DNA of 64,000 nt, taken from Treponemataceae bacterium. Its GTDB lineage: Bacteria > Spirochaetota > Spirochaetia > Treponematales > Rectinemataceae. The stretch lies in NCBI GenBank assembly GCA_963678065.2, contig CAXXVZ010000003.1:1120001-1184000 (forward strand), read 5' to 3'. Shown piece after piece: positions 1 through 9,222 of the stretch; positions within the stretch are counted from its first letter, which is position 1, and every line of letters begins with the position of its first letter. The notes under the pieces were generated by a model that saw only the letters and a list, made by a program, of their open reading frames with translations, searched no databases and was not told the DNA's origin. The position numbers and the translations under genes were made by a program.

Positions 1-2082
1 CGTCGCGTCTCTGCGCGACTCGTCGGCGCAGATCTCGATGGCCGCGGATTCCCGCCCGGGAAGGGGAACATCGCCCTGGACAGCCTCCTGCGCGGCGAGA
101 AAACGGGAAGCCTCCCGCGCCGCTTCCGCCGAGAAGCCGTAGCCGGAGACGAGCGTGGCCTCCCGAGCCGCTCCACCGAGGGCAGAAAGCCTGTCGACGA
201 TGCCGATGAGCCGGTCGGTGAGGCCCTGGCTTTTTCGGGGAGCGCCCCCCCTCCAGAAGGGCATGAAGTCCGCCTCCCTGCCCAGAGGCACGACCTCGAC
301 CGATTCGGGCCCTATGCCGACGATCCGCCAGGACTGAGTGCCGAAGGTGAAGCTGTCTCCGGCCTTCCGTTCCCAGACGAATTCCTCGTCGAGCTCCCCG
401 ATCTTCGTTCCCGAGCCCTTGAGCCGCATGCCGTACAGGCCCCTGTCGGGGATAGTCCCGCCCGAGGCGTAGAGGAGCATCCGCATGCCGTCGCGCGCGT
501 GGAGCTTTCCGTCGGCCACGTCGAGGTGAACCCGCGGTTCCAGTTCCCGGATCCGCGAGTCCGTGTAGCGCCCTCTGAGCAGTTCGAGGACGGAGTCGAA
601 AGCTTCCCTTCCCAGTTCCGTGAAGGGTGAAAAGCTCCGCACGATACCGTAAAGGACATCCGGGCTCCGCGCTTCCTCCACGACGAGGGCGAGGAGGACT
701 TGGGCGAGCACGTCGAGGGGATTGAGCGGCGGAACGGTCTCCTCCACATCGCCTGCTTTCACGCCCTCCACCGCGGCGGCGGCCCAGAGAAGGTCGAGGC
801 CGTGGAAGGGGTAGAGCCTCGCCCGCGAGGTTTCGCCGACGGCGTGGCCCGAACGCCCAGCCCGCTGCAGGGCGACGGAGACTCCCGGGGGAGCCCCGGC
901 CAGGATGACCTCGTCGATGCTCCCCACATCGATGCCGAGCTCGAGGGAGGCCGTCGCGACGACACAGCGGAGGGCCCCCGACTTGAGGCGCGACTCGACC
1001 ATGCGCCTGACCTCGCGCGAGAGCGAGCCATGGTGGGCGTAGGCTGTTCCCTCCCCGCCCGATTCGTTGAGGAGAAAGGCGAGGCGCTCCGCCTGCCTGC
1101 GCGAGTCGCAGAAGACGAGGGTGCTCCGGTTCCGGCTTATCCGATCCAGGATGGCGGGGACGATGGCGGCGTAGCGGGTCGCGTCGGGGGAGGAAAAATC
1201 GGAGTCGGGGCCGACGGGGTCCCGGAGGGAAGTCCGGAGGGGATCCTGGGAGGAATTCCGGGGGGAAGGCCGGTATGGAGCTCCTAGGGCGGCTGGCGCC
1301 GGCCACTCGACCGCGAACTCGATGCGCTTGTCCATGGCGGGGGTGATCGTCGCCACCTGTCGCGGGACATATCGCGGCTCCAGGCCCGGCCCGATCTCCA
1401 TCCTGTAACCGCCGACAAAGCGGGCCACGAGGTCGACCGGTCTGACCGTGGCGGAGAGCGCAATCCTCTGGAACTCGCCTGCAAGGAGGGCGAGCCTTCC
1501 GATGGAACAGGCGAGGAGGCTTCCCCGCTTCGTGCCCGCCACCGAGTGGACTTCGTCGAGAACGAGGAGCCTCACGGAGGCGAGGACGGGCCGCGCCCGC
1601 GGCGAATCGAGGAGGATGGAGAGACTTTCGGGAGTCGTGCAGAGGATCGAGGGAGGTCTCTTGAGGAACCTTCTGCGCTCGGTTTCGGGCGTGTCGCCGG
1701 AGCGGCTCGCCACGGTGATGGCGGGAAACGTGAACCCGGAGGCGCCCTCCCAGTCCCGGCGCCCGGAGGCGAAGCGCTCCAGCTCCGAAAGCGGCGCGTC
1801 GAGATTCCGCCTGATATCCTCGTTCAGGGCCTTGAGGGGCGAAATGTAGAGGACGGAGAGAGCGCCTGCGGGATAGTCCCCCGAAACGAAGCGGGAGATG
1901 GCGCCGAGGAAGGCCGCGAGGGTCTTGCCCGAGCCGGTCGGAGCGACGGCGAGCAGGTGCGCGCCCTCCTCCGCCTTCGCCCAGGTCTGCGCCTGCACGG
2001 GCGTCGGTTCCCCGTACCGGGAAAGAAACCACTCCCGCACGAGGGGATGGAAGCTGGTCGGGATGCCTGTCGTCGCGCCCAT
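1..2082 (-). CDS. lhr: Lhr-family DEAD/DEAH-box ATP-dependent helicase (N-terminal part; runs off the window start)
   Basis: Manual translation from ATG at 2082: MGATTGIPTSFHPLVREWF...EPTPVQ...APTGSGKTLAAF...LYISPLKALNEDIRRNL...TTPESL...LDEVH...LSATV. These are typical Lhr motifs. Not in the ORF track because the stop lies outside the window. Confidence 0.9.
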   Translation of the reverse strand, partial: MGATTGIPTSFHPLVREWFLSRYGEPTPVQAQTWAKAEEGAHLLAVAPTGSGKTLAAFLGAISRFVSGDYPAGALSVLYISPLKALNEDIRRNLDAPLSELERFASGRRDWEGASGFTFPAITVASRSGDTPETERRRFLKRPPSILCTTPESLSILLDSPRARPVLASVRLLVLDEVHSVAGTKRGSLLACSIGRLALLAGEFQRIALSATVRPVDLVARFVGGYRMEIGPGLEPRYVPRQVATITPAMDKRIEFAVEWPAPAALGAPYRPSPRNSSQDPLRTSLRDPVGPDSDFSSPDATRYAAIVPAILDRISRNRSTLVFCDSRRQAERLAFLLNESGGEGTAYAHHGSLSREVRRMVESRLKSGALRCVVATASLELGIDVGSIDEVILAGAPPGVSVALQRAGRSGHAVGETSRARLYPFHGLDLLWAAAAVEGVKAGDVEETVPPLNPLDVLAQVLLALVVEEARSPDVLYGIVRSFSPFTELGREAFDSVLELLRGRYTDSRIRELEPRVHLDVADGKLHARDGMRMLLYASGGTIPDRGLYGMRLKGSGTKIGELDEEFVWERKAGDSFTFGTQSWRIVGIGPESVEVVPLGREADFMPFWRGGAPRKSQGLTDRLIGIVDRLSALGGAAREATLVSGYGFSAEAAREASRFLAAQEAVQGDVPLPGRESAAIEICADESRRDAT

Positions 2083-2264
2083 GCCGACATCCTAGCCCGA
2101 ACGCGAAGCTCCGTCGAGACTAAAATCCGGCCTCAGTCGCAAACTGCCGCCTGAGCCCTCGCGAGTGGCTTCGGGGCAGCGCCGGCTCTCCGGCGTGAAG
2201 GTGTCACCCGTACGCAAAACCCGCAAAAAAATGCAAAAAATCCGCATATCGCAACATTTCGTCG

Positions 2265-2294
2265 TTGACCGCTGTTACTGGCCATAGATACAAT
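2265..2294 (+). promoter_or_regulatory. putative sigma70 promoter of the tryptophanase-family gene
   Basis: TTGACC-N18-TACAAT about 70 nt upstream of the ATG. Confidence 0.45.
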
Positions 2295-2366
2295 TCCCGA
2301 AACCTTCCGGTTCCGCGCGGCGCTCCGGCCGCCTCCGGTCGGCTTTACCCCAAAAAGAGAGGAATC

Positions 2367-3824
2367 ATGGAACAGTCACCCGTCATCAAGTTCTTTTCCG
2401 GAGAGAACATCCCCGTCGAACAGCACAAGGTTCGCGTCGTCCAGAAACTCCACCTCGTCCCGATAGAGGAGCGCCTTTCCGCGATAGAGGCGGGCGGATA
2501 CAACACCTTCTCCCTGTCCACAAGGCATGTCTTCCTCGACATGCTGACCGATTCGGGCACGAACGCCATGAGCGATCGCCAGGTCGCCTCGATGCTGATG
2601 GCCGACGACGCCTACGCGGGCTCGCAGAGCTTCGAGCGCATGCGCGACGCGGTCGAGGATGTCTTCGGCACGAAGTACACGGCCCCCGTCCACCAGGGCC
2701 GCGCGGCCGAACACGTCGTCTTCCAGGCCTTCGTGAAACCCGGCGACATCGTCCCCATGAACTACCACTTCACCACGACCAAGGCCCACATAGAACTGCC
2801 CGGCGGCAGCGTCGTCGAGATATTCACCGACGAGGCCCTCAAGATAAAGAGCGAGTACCCCTTCAAGGGCAACATCGACACAAACAAGCTCCGCGATCTC
2901 ATCGCGAAGCACGGTGCCGCGAAAATCCCCTTCGTGCGCATGGAAGCCTCGACGAACCTCATAGGCGGCCAGCCCTTCTCCCTCGCGAATCTGGCCGAAG
3001 TGCGGAAAATCTGCGACGAGAACGGGATCATGCTCGTCCTCGACGCGAGCCTCATCGGCGAGAACGCCTACTTCATCAAGCAGCGCGAGGCAGCCTGTCG
3101 GACGACCTCCATCGCCGAGATCCTGAAGCTCATGTGCGGAATGGCAGACCTCGTCTACTTCTCGAGCCGCAAGGTCTCCTCCTCGCGCGGCGGCGCCATC
3201 ACCACGAACCGCAAGGACCTCTTCGACAAGGTGAAGGACCTCGTCATCCTCTTCGAGGGCTTCCTCACCTACGGCGGCATGTCGGTGCGCGAGATCGAGG
3301 CCATGGCCGTGGGCCTCCGCGAGACTCAGGATGAGACCGTCGTCTCGCAGTCGCCCTCCTTCATCAAGTACCTCGTCGACAAGCTCGACGCGGCAGGCGT
3401 GCCCGTCATCATGCCGGCCGGCGCCCTCGGCTGCCACGTCGACGCGCGCGGCTTTTTGCCCCACATTCCCCAGACCGAGTACCCGGCGGGCGCCCTCGCC
3501 TCAGCCTTCTACCTCGTTTCGGGCGTGCGCGGCATGGAGCGCGGCACCATCTCCTCCGTGCGCGACAAAGACGGAAATGACGTCCTCGCCGACATGGAGC
3601 TGTTGCGCCTCGCCGTTCCGAGGCGCGTCTTCACCCTCTCCCAGATCGACTACGTGATCGACCGCCTGGTCTGGCTCTACGCCAACCGCGAGCTCGTCGG
3701 CGGACTCAAGTTCTCCGAGGAGCCGAGCGTCCTCCGCTTCTTCCTCGGAAAACTCGTCCCGACCTCGCCCTGGCCGCAGAAACTCCTCGCCGCCTTCCGC
3801 AAGGACTTCGGCGACAGCCTGTAA
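2367..3824 (+). CDS. tnaA: tryptophanase / tyrosine phenol-lyase family PLP-dependent beta-eliminating lyase
   Basis: Motifs DMLTDSGT, DDAYAGS, HQGRAAE, ENAYFIK, FEGFLTYGGMS and LRLAVPRRV. GAGGA RBS precedes ATG 2367. Substrate (Trp versus Tyr) is not resolved. Confidence 0.8.
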   Translation: MEQSPVIKFFSGENIPVEQHKVRVVQKLHLVPIEERLSAIEAGGYNTFSLSTRHVFLDMLTDSGTNAMSDRQVASMLMADDAYAGSQSFERMRDAVEDVFGTKYTAPVHQGRAAEHVVFQAFVKPGDIVPMNYHFTTTKAHIELPGGSVVEIFTDEALKIKSEYPFKGNIDTNKLRDLIAKHGAAKIPFVRMEASTNLIGGQPFSLANLAEVRKICDENGIMLVLDASLIGENAYFIKQREAACRTTSIAEILKLMCGMADLVYFSSRKVSSSRGGAITTNRKDLFDKVKDLVILFEGFLTYGGMSVREIEAMAVGLRETQDETVVSQSPSFIKYLVDKLDAAGVPVIMPAGALGCHVDARGFLPHIPQTEYPAGALASAFYLVSGVRGMERGTISSVRDKDGNDVLADMELLRLAVPRRVFTLSQIDYVIDRLVWLYANRELVGGLKFSEEPSVLRFFLGKLVPTSPWPQKLLAAFRKDFGDSL

Positions 3825-3868
3825 ACGCTCCGCGCCTGAGGACGCAAGGCACAAGGCCCTCAGGCGCA

Positions 3869-4273
3869 TCAGGACAAGGCCGGCCCTCCGTCGTCGGGGA
3901 TGCGCGATTCCGCCGTGATGGCGATCCCTCCCCGCGACTTCTGGGCTATGGTCACCTTGACCCAGCGCGGCTTGCAGGCATCGAAAACATCCTTGGCTAT
4001 CCTGGCGGAGAGACTCTCGCAGAAGGAGCCTTCCTCCCTGAACGACCAGAGGTAGAGCTTGAGGCTCTTGCTTTCGATGCACAGCTTGCCGGGCTCGAAT
4101 TCTATCCGGACCGTCTCCCAGTCGGGCTGGCCGGTCACGGGGCAGAGGCTCGTGACTTCGTCGCAATCCAGGATCACTCTCTTCACATGCTCCGCCGCCG
4201 GGAAGGTCTCGAGTCTGCGGACCGGTTGGGAAATTTTCTTGCCGAGGAATTCGAAATTGTACTCTGTCATCAT
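3869..4273 (-). CDS. queF: NADPH-dependent 7-cyano-7-deazaguanine (preQ0) reductase, unimodular type
   Basis: TSLCPVTGQPD, the QueF motif ESKSLKLYL and C-terminal RGGI. Start ATG overlaps the yhhQ stop. Confidence 0.92.
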   Translation of the reverse strand: MMTEYNFEFLGKKISQPVRRLETFPAAEHVKRVILDCDEVTSLCPVTGQPDWETVRIEFEPGKLCIESKSLKLYLWSFREEGSFCESLSARIAKDVFDACKPRWVKVTIAQKSRGGIAITAESRIPDDGGPALS

Positions 4274-4959
4274 TGTGCTCCGATCCTGAAGGGATTGTAG
4301 GCCACACCGTTGTCGAAGACGTCGATGCCTTCGATGCGCTTGATGAAACCCACGACTTTGTACGTGACAGGCGTAAGGACGATTTCGTAGGAAACCTTGA
4401 ACAGATACTGGGCCGCCATCATCTGCAGAAGAACCGGGAAGGGCACATTCCCGAAAAAGCTCAGGCCGATGAAAAGAATGGTGTCGAGCCCCTGCCCGAC
4501 TATCGTCGAACCGATGGTGCGGACCCAGAGGTATCTGCCCTTCGTACGCTTTTTCAGGACCGAAAGCACCATGGAGTTGGAGAACTCTCCCGCCCAGTAG
4601 GCGACGAGAGAGGCCAGGACAATTCTCGGCGTCTGGCCGAGGACTGTCGCATACGCCGCCTGAGCCCCGAAAAACGCCGGATACGGAAGGGCGATGGCTA
4701 TCAGGAATATCGCCGACATGAAGACATTGGCCGCAAAGCCCATCCAGATCACAAAGCGCATCTTCCCGTATCCGTACACCTCGGTGAATACATCCCCGAG
4801 AATATACGTGACCGGAAAGAGAATGACCGCCGAGGGAAGAACCACGCCGAAGACGGTCATGAGCTTGCCCGCAATGATGTTCGAGATGACGAGACAGACC
4901 AGAAACAATGAAGACAGCGCGAGAAACACGAAAGAATACGAGCCGGTTTCCTTTTTCAT
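4270..4959 (-). CDS. yhhQ: queuosine precursor transporter (YhhQ/VUT family)
   Basis: Multi-TM protein with SNIIAGK, FPVTYILGDVFTEVYG, RIVLASLVAY and RTIGSTIVGQGLDT. Upstream of queF. Start could be the TTG 6 nt upstream. Confidence 0.9.
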   Translation of the reverse strand: MKKETGSYSFVFLALSSLFLVCLVISNIIAGKLMTVFGVVLPSAVILFPVTYILGDVFTEVYGYGKMRFVIWMGFAANVFMSAIFLIAIALPYPAFFGAQAAYATVLGQTPRIVLASLVAYWAGEFSNSMVLSVLKKRTKGRYLWVRTIGSTIVGQGLDTILFIGLSFFGNVPFPVLLQMMAAQYLFKVSYEIVLTPVTYKVVGFIKRIEGIDVFDNGVAYNPFRIGAQ

Positions 4960-4972
4960 AGGCAAGGAAGGA

Positions 4973-5007
4973 CCTCCTGTTTTGTTGTGGCGGGAGCCGC
5001 GACCGCC
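4973..5007 (-). ncRNA. preQ1-I riboswitch (type II, Thermoanaerobacter-like), translational
   Basis: Minus strand GGCGG-UCGCGGCUC-CCGCC-AC-AACAAAACAGGAGG. It has a 5-bp P1, a UCGC loop and an AACAAAAC tail running into the Shine-Dalgarno, directly upstream of yhhQ-queF. Confidence 0.88.
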
Positions 5008-5019
5008 GTGAATACCGAG

Positions 5020-5049
5020 ACTGTATAGCGAATGCGCCGGAAATGGCAA
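5020..5049 (-). promoter_or_regulatory. putative sigma70 promoter for riboswitch-yhhQ-queF
   Basis: Minus strand TTGCCA-N16-TATACA(GT) ends about 12-15 nt before the riboswitch. Confidence 0.5.
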
Positions 5050-5133
5050 CCTCTTTCCTGTTCTGCTGTTGACGTTTCGAAATTTGAATGTTCAAATGTT
5101 TCCGGCCATCGGAGAAAGGGGGAGCGAGAACGC

Positions 5134-7566
5134 ATGAATCCGACCAAAATACAGCGCGATGCTCCCGCCCGCGCCTGGAACGAGGCCTTCCCGCTCGGGA
5201 ACGGCAGGATCGGGGTGATGGCCTACGGCGATCCCGTGGAGGCCCTCTTCGATCTCTCGGAATCGACCTTCGTCTCCGGGCTGCCGCCGCCGCGCGACAG
5301 AGTGGCGCGGGCCCCGAAAGGAGCTCCGGAGGCGTTTCTCAGGGCGAGGGCTGCGGCCCTGGCCGGCGATTTCGCGAAAACAGAGAATGAGCTCGCCGGA
5401 TTCATCGGAAAGAAGGGAGAGTACGGCACGAACCTGCCAGTCGGCCGATTCCGGGTAAAACTCGACTTCGCCGAAACCGCGGCATCAGCCGAAACCGCGG
5501 CATCAGCCGATGCCGAATCCACCTCGCGGCGCACGGATTACTCGCGCATCCTTTGCCTCGACTCGGGTCTCGCGGAGTGGGGGTGTTCCGCCGAAGGCGG
5601 AAGCCTCCGATGGAAGGCCCTGGTCTCCGTCGAGTACCAGGTTCTCGCCATCCGCGTCGAGGCTGCAAAGCCCTTCCGGATCGAACTCTCCGTCGACGAC
5701 ATCCTCGTGCCGATGTACAGTGTCGCGCGCGGCCGCGATCTCGTTTTTTCGGCCGCGGCCCTTGAGATCGTGCACTCAGGCGGCACGAGCGGAACGGCCG
5801 CCGCCGGACTGGCGCGTGTCATCCCGCTCCCGTTTTCCTCAGACGACGACGGGGAAGCGGCCGGGTGCGAATGTATGACCCGCGCCGACATCTTCCTCGC
5901 CCTTGAGACCGATTTCCCCGCCGCCTCCGGAACCCGCAGGGCAAAGTCCGCGCAGGGCCGGAGTTCCGGACTCGGGCCCGAGTCCGGCCCCGGACCCTCT
6001 GGGCGATGCGAGGCGCGCATCTGCGAGGCTGAAGCCGCGGGCTTCGATCTCATCCGAAGGCGGCACGAGGCCGGGCACAGGAAGCTCTTCGACAGGGTCT
6101 CGCTCGATCTCGGCGAGGGCGAACAGGCCAGGTCCGCCCTCCTCTTTCAGTACGGGCGCTACCTCCTCATGTCCTCCTCGCGCCCCGACTCTCCCCTGCC
6201 CGCCCAGCTCCAGGGAGTCTGGAACGACTCGGTGGCCTGCAGGATCGGCTGGACCTGCGATCTCCACCTCGACGTCAACACGCAGATGAATTACTGGCCG
6301 GCGGAGTCCACGGGGCTCGCCGAATGCTGCGAGCCTTTGTTCCGGTGGATCCGCGAACGCCTCGTGCCCGAGGGAAGAAAGACGGCGCGCTCATTCTACG
6401 GGATGCCCGGCTGGGCCGCGGAGCTCACGGCGAACGCCTTCGGGCGGGCATCTCCCTACTGGCACGTCAACATCGCTCCCTACCCGACGGGCGGAGCCTG
6501 GCTCGCGGACCAGATGCGGGAGCATTTCCTTTACTCCGGGGACACCGGCTTCCTCCGGAAAATCCTCCTGCCGGCAGCGAGGGGCGCCGCGGAGTTCTTC
6601 CTCCGCTACCTCTTCGAGCTTCCCGACGGGACCGGGCTCGCTTCGGGTCCGTCCATCTCGCCCGAGAACATGTTTGTCGACGATGGCGCGCCGAGGCGGG
6701 CCTCGCTTTCGCCGACCTGCGAGATCGCGGTGATCCGCGAGACCCTCGAGTCCTTCGTCGACGCATGCCGCATCCTCGGGCGTGCCGATCCGCTCGCATC
6801 GCGGGCCTGCGACGCCCTCGCCCGCCTCCCGCCATTCCGGGCCGGCAGCGACGGAGCTCTGGCCGAGTGGAGCCACGATCTGCCGGCCCGCGATCCGAAC
6901 CACCGCCACCAGAGCCACCTACTCGGCCTCTACCCCTTCCGCATGATCTCCCCGGAACTCGACGAAGGGCTCGCGCGGGCGGCCGCCGCCTCGATCGCGC
7001 GCAGGACCACTCCTGATGAGCTCTGGGAGGACACCGGCTGGGCGCGCTCGGCCCTGGCCCTCTACGCCGCGCGGCTCGGAGATGCCGTGGCGCTGGAACG
7101 GCACCTGGGCGTCCTCGCGGGCGACCTGAGCTTCCCGAACCTCATGATCCGCCACCCTCCCACCCGCGGGGCCCCTTCCTTCGCCGACGTCTACGAACTC
7201 GATGGCAATACCGGATTCACGGCGGCCGTGGCGGAAGGCCTCCTTCGCAGCTCACCCGGCGGAATCGAACTTCTGTCCGCCCTGCCCCCCTCCTGGCAAA
7301 GCGGGCGGGTCCGCGGACTCAGGGCATCGCATGGACTTTCGGTGGACATGGACTGGGAGTCGGGGACGCTGTTGGGGTGCCGGATACGGGCCGCCCGGCC
7401 CGCGGCCTGCGAGATCCGGTATGGCGACATCAGGAAAAAAATCCGCCTCGCCTCCGGCGGAAAGCTGGAACTGGACGGAGAACTGTGCCGCGGTTCCGGA
7501 CATTCCTGCTGTGGTGCGTTGCCAAGCCGCGGTTCCGCCCTTGACATCGTCCCGGAAGGAACCTGA
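5134..7566 (+). CDS. glycoside hydrolase family 95 (alpha-L-fucosidase-like)
   Basis: WNEAFPLGNGRIG, LFQYGRYLLMSSSR, LQGVWN, LDVNTQMNYW, SPEN, HRHQSHL, DGNTG and LPPSWQSGRVRGLRA. Confidence 0.9.
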   Translation: MNPTKIQRDAPARAWNEAFPLGNGRIGVMAYGDPVEALFDLSESTFVSGLPPPRDRVARAPKGAPEAFLRARAAALAGDFAKTENELAGFIGKKGEYGTNLPVGRFRVKLDFAETAASAETAASADAESTSRRTDYSRILCLDSGLAEWGCSAEGGSLRWKALVSVEYQVLAIRVEAAKPFRIELSVDDILVPMYSVARGRDLVFSAAALEIVHSGGTSGTAAAGLARVIPLPFSSDDDGEAAGCECMTRADIFLALETDFPAASGTRRAKSAQGRSSGLGPESGPGPSGRCEARICEAEAAGFDLIRRRHEAGHRKLFDRVSLDLGEGEQARSALLFQYGRYLLMSSSRPDSPLPAQLQGVWNDSVACRIGWTCDLHLDVNTQMNYWPAESTGLAECCEPLFRWIRERLVPEGRKTARSFYGMPGWAAELTANAFGRASPYWHVNIAPYPTGGAWLADQMREHFLYSGDTGFLRKILLPAARGAAEFFLRYLFELPDGTGLASGPSISPENMFVDDGAPRRASLSPTCEIAVIRETLESFVDACRILGRADPLASRACDALARLPPFRAGSDGALAEWSHDLPARDPNHRHQSHLLGLYPFRMISPELDEGLARAAAASIARRTTPDELWEDTGWARSALALYAARLGDAVALERHLGVLAGDLSFPNLMIRHPPTRGAPSFADVYELDGNTGFTAAVAEGLLRSSPGGIELLSALPPSWQSGRVRGLRASHGLSVDMDWESGTLLGCRIRAARPAACEIRYGDIRKKIRLASGGKLELDGELCRGSGHSCCGALPSRGSALDIVPEGT

Positions 7567-7609
7567 AACTGACCTGTCACTGACCAAAGGAATCCGGAAG
7601 GAGACAGAC

Positions 7610-8422
7610 ATGAAAACATCACTAAAGGGACTCGCTGTTCTCGCGCTCGCCTGCGCGTCGATCCTCGCGGCGACCGGCGCCGCCTTCGCCCAGAGCATCG
7701 TCAAATTGCCCGATCTCAAGGGCAGGACGGTCGTCGCCGTCACCGAAAACGCCTACACGCCCCTCAATTTCGTCGACCCGAAGACAGGCAAGGCGATGGG
7801 CTGGGAATATGATGCCGTGAACGAGATCGGCAGGCGGATCAACGCGAAGATCGTCTGGAAGATCACCGCCTGGGACACCATGATCCAGGCTGTGCGCGAC
7901 GGCCAGTTCGACGTCGGCATGGACGGCATCACCATCACCGACGAGCGCGCGAAGCAGGTCGACTTCTCCGTTCCCTACATGATCTCCCAGCAGTTCATGC
8001 TCGTGCGCGCCTCCGAGAAGCGATTCTCCGAAGAAAAGGCCTTCGGAAAGGACCCGAAACTCCTCATCGGCTCCCAGGCGGGCACGACGAATTTCTACAC
8101 CGCGGTCTACTCCGTCCTCGACGGCGACGAGGCCAATCCCCGCATCAAGCTCTTCGAGACCTTCGGCGCGGCGGTCCAGGCCCTCATCGCGGGCGATGTC
8201 GACATGGTCCTCATGGACGCGGCCTCCAGCAAGGGCTACGTCGGCGCCAACCCCGGCAAGCTCAAAGTCATCGGCGGTCCCCTCGGAACCGAGGAATTCG
8301 GGTTCATCTTCAAGCCGGGCTCCGACCTCGTCAAAGCCTTCGACGCGGCCATCGAGGCCATGAGAAAAGACGGAAGTCTGGACCGGCTCAACACCACGTG
8401 GTTCTTCGAGTACAAGCCCTGA
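7610..8422 (+). CDS. polar amino-acid ABC transporter substrate-binding protein
   Basis: Signal peptide, ENAYTPLNF, GITITDERAKQVDFS, GSQAGTT; AAGGAG RBS. Confidence 0.9.
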   Translation: MKTSLKGLAVLALACASILAATGAAFAQSIVKLPDLKGRTVVAVTENAYTPLNFVDPKTGKAMGWEYDAVNEIGRRINAKIVWKITAWDTMIQAVRDGQFDVGMDGITITDERAKQVDFSVPYMISQQFMLVRASEKRFSEEKAFGKDPKLLIGSQAGTTNFYTAVYSVLDGDEANPRIKLFETFGAAVQALIAGDVDMVLMDAASSKGYVGANPGKLKVIGGPLGTEEFGFIFKPGSDLVKAFDAAIEAMRKDGSLDRLNTTWFFEYKP

Positions 8423-9213
8423 AAGCGGAACCGAAAGCGCGCGTGCCCTGGTGGCTCGTCGCCCTCGTCGCCCTCGGTCTCTGGACCGTCCTCGGCTTCC
8501 TCTCGCGCAGCGATTACAGGATCATAGTCGCCGCCATCTTCCGCGGACTCGGCGTGACCCTCAGCGTCTCCCTCGTAGCCTACGCCGCCTCCGTCCTCCT
8601 CGGACTGGGGCTCGGTCTCATGCGCACATCGAAAATGAGGGTCGCCCGCGAGGCCGCGACCTTCTACATCGAGCTCGTGCGCGGCCTGCCCATGCTCGTC
8701 ATCCTCTACTACATCGCCTTCGTGGGGGCACCTGCCCTCGCCTCGGGACTCAACGCCCTCCTCGCCCCCCTCATCGACGCGGGCATCATCGGAAAAGTCG
8801 AGACGCGCGGCTTCGACTTCGCCACGCGCGCCGTCCTCGCCCTCACCCTCGGCTACGCGGCCTTCATCGCCGAAGTCTTCCGTGCGGGAATAGAGAGCGT
8901 CGAGATAGGACAGGTCGAGGCAGCCCTGGCCCTCGGCCTCTCTCGCGGCCAGGTCATGCGCAGGATCGTCCTGCCCCAGGCGATCCGGAACGTGTTGCCC
9001 GCCCTCGCGAACGAGTTCGTCGCCATCGTCAAGGACTCCGCCCTGGTATCGGCCCTCGGCGTCCAGGACATCACCCAACTCGGCAAAGTCTACGCAGCCT
9101 CGACCTTCAAATTTTTCGAAACCTACAACGCCGTGGCCTTCTTCTACCTCTGCCTGACCGTCACCCTCTCGCTTTTGGTCAGAGTGCTGGAGAGACGGCT
9201 CAAGCGGCGGTGA
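8398..9213 (+). CDS. amino-acid ABC transporter permease (start uncertain)
   Basis: YIELVRGLP, AEVFRAGIESV, EAA loop GQVEAALALG, LPQAIRNVLP, KDSAL. No ATPase gene is adjacent. Confidence 0.88.
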   Translation: MVLRVQALKAEPKARVPWWLVALVALGLWTVLGFLSRSDYRIIVAAIFRGLGVTLSVSLVAYAASVLLGLGLGLMRTSKMRVAREAATFYIELVRGLPMLVILYYIAFVGAPALASGLNALLAPLIDAGIIGKVETRGFDFATRAVLALTLGYAAFIAEVFRAGIESVEIGQVEAALALGLSRGQVMRRIVLPQAIRNVLPALANEFVAIVKDSALVSALGVQDITQLGKVYAASTFKFFETYNAVAFFYLCLTVTLSLLVRVLERRLKRR

Positions 9214-9222
9214 GGGCACAGC

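Noticed and set aside
155..2154. Several plus-strand ORFs over the helicase, and similar long antisense ORFs across the GC-rich genes
   Set aside because: They are shadow ORFs caused by high-GC codon bias opposite well-supported genes
4274..5095. 408-aa QueF fusion and the extended starts of yhhQ and GH95 in the ORF track
   Set aside because: The extensions overlap yhhQ or the riboswitch in other frames; RBS-supported downstream starts fit family lengths
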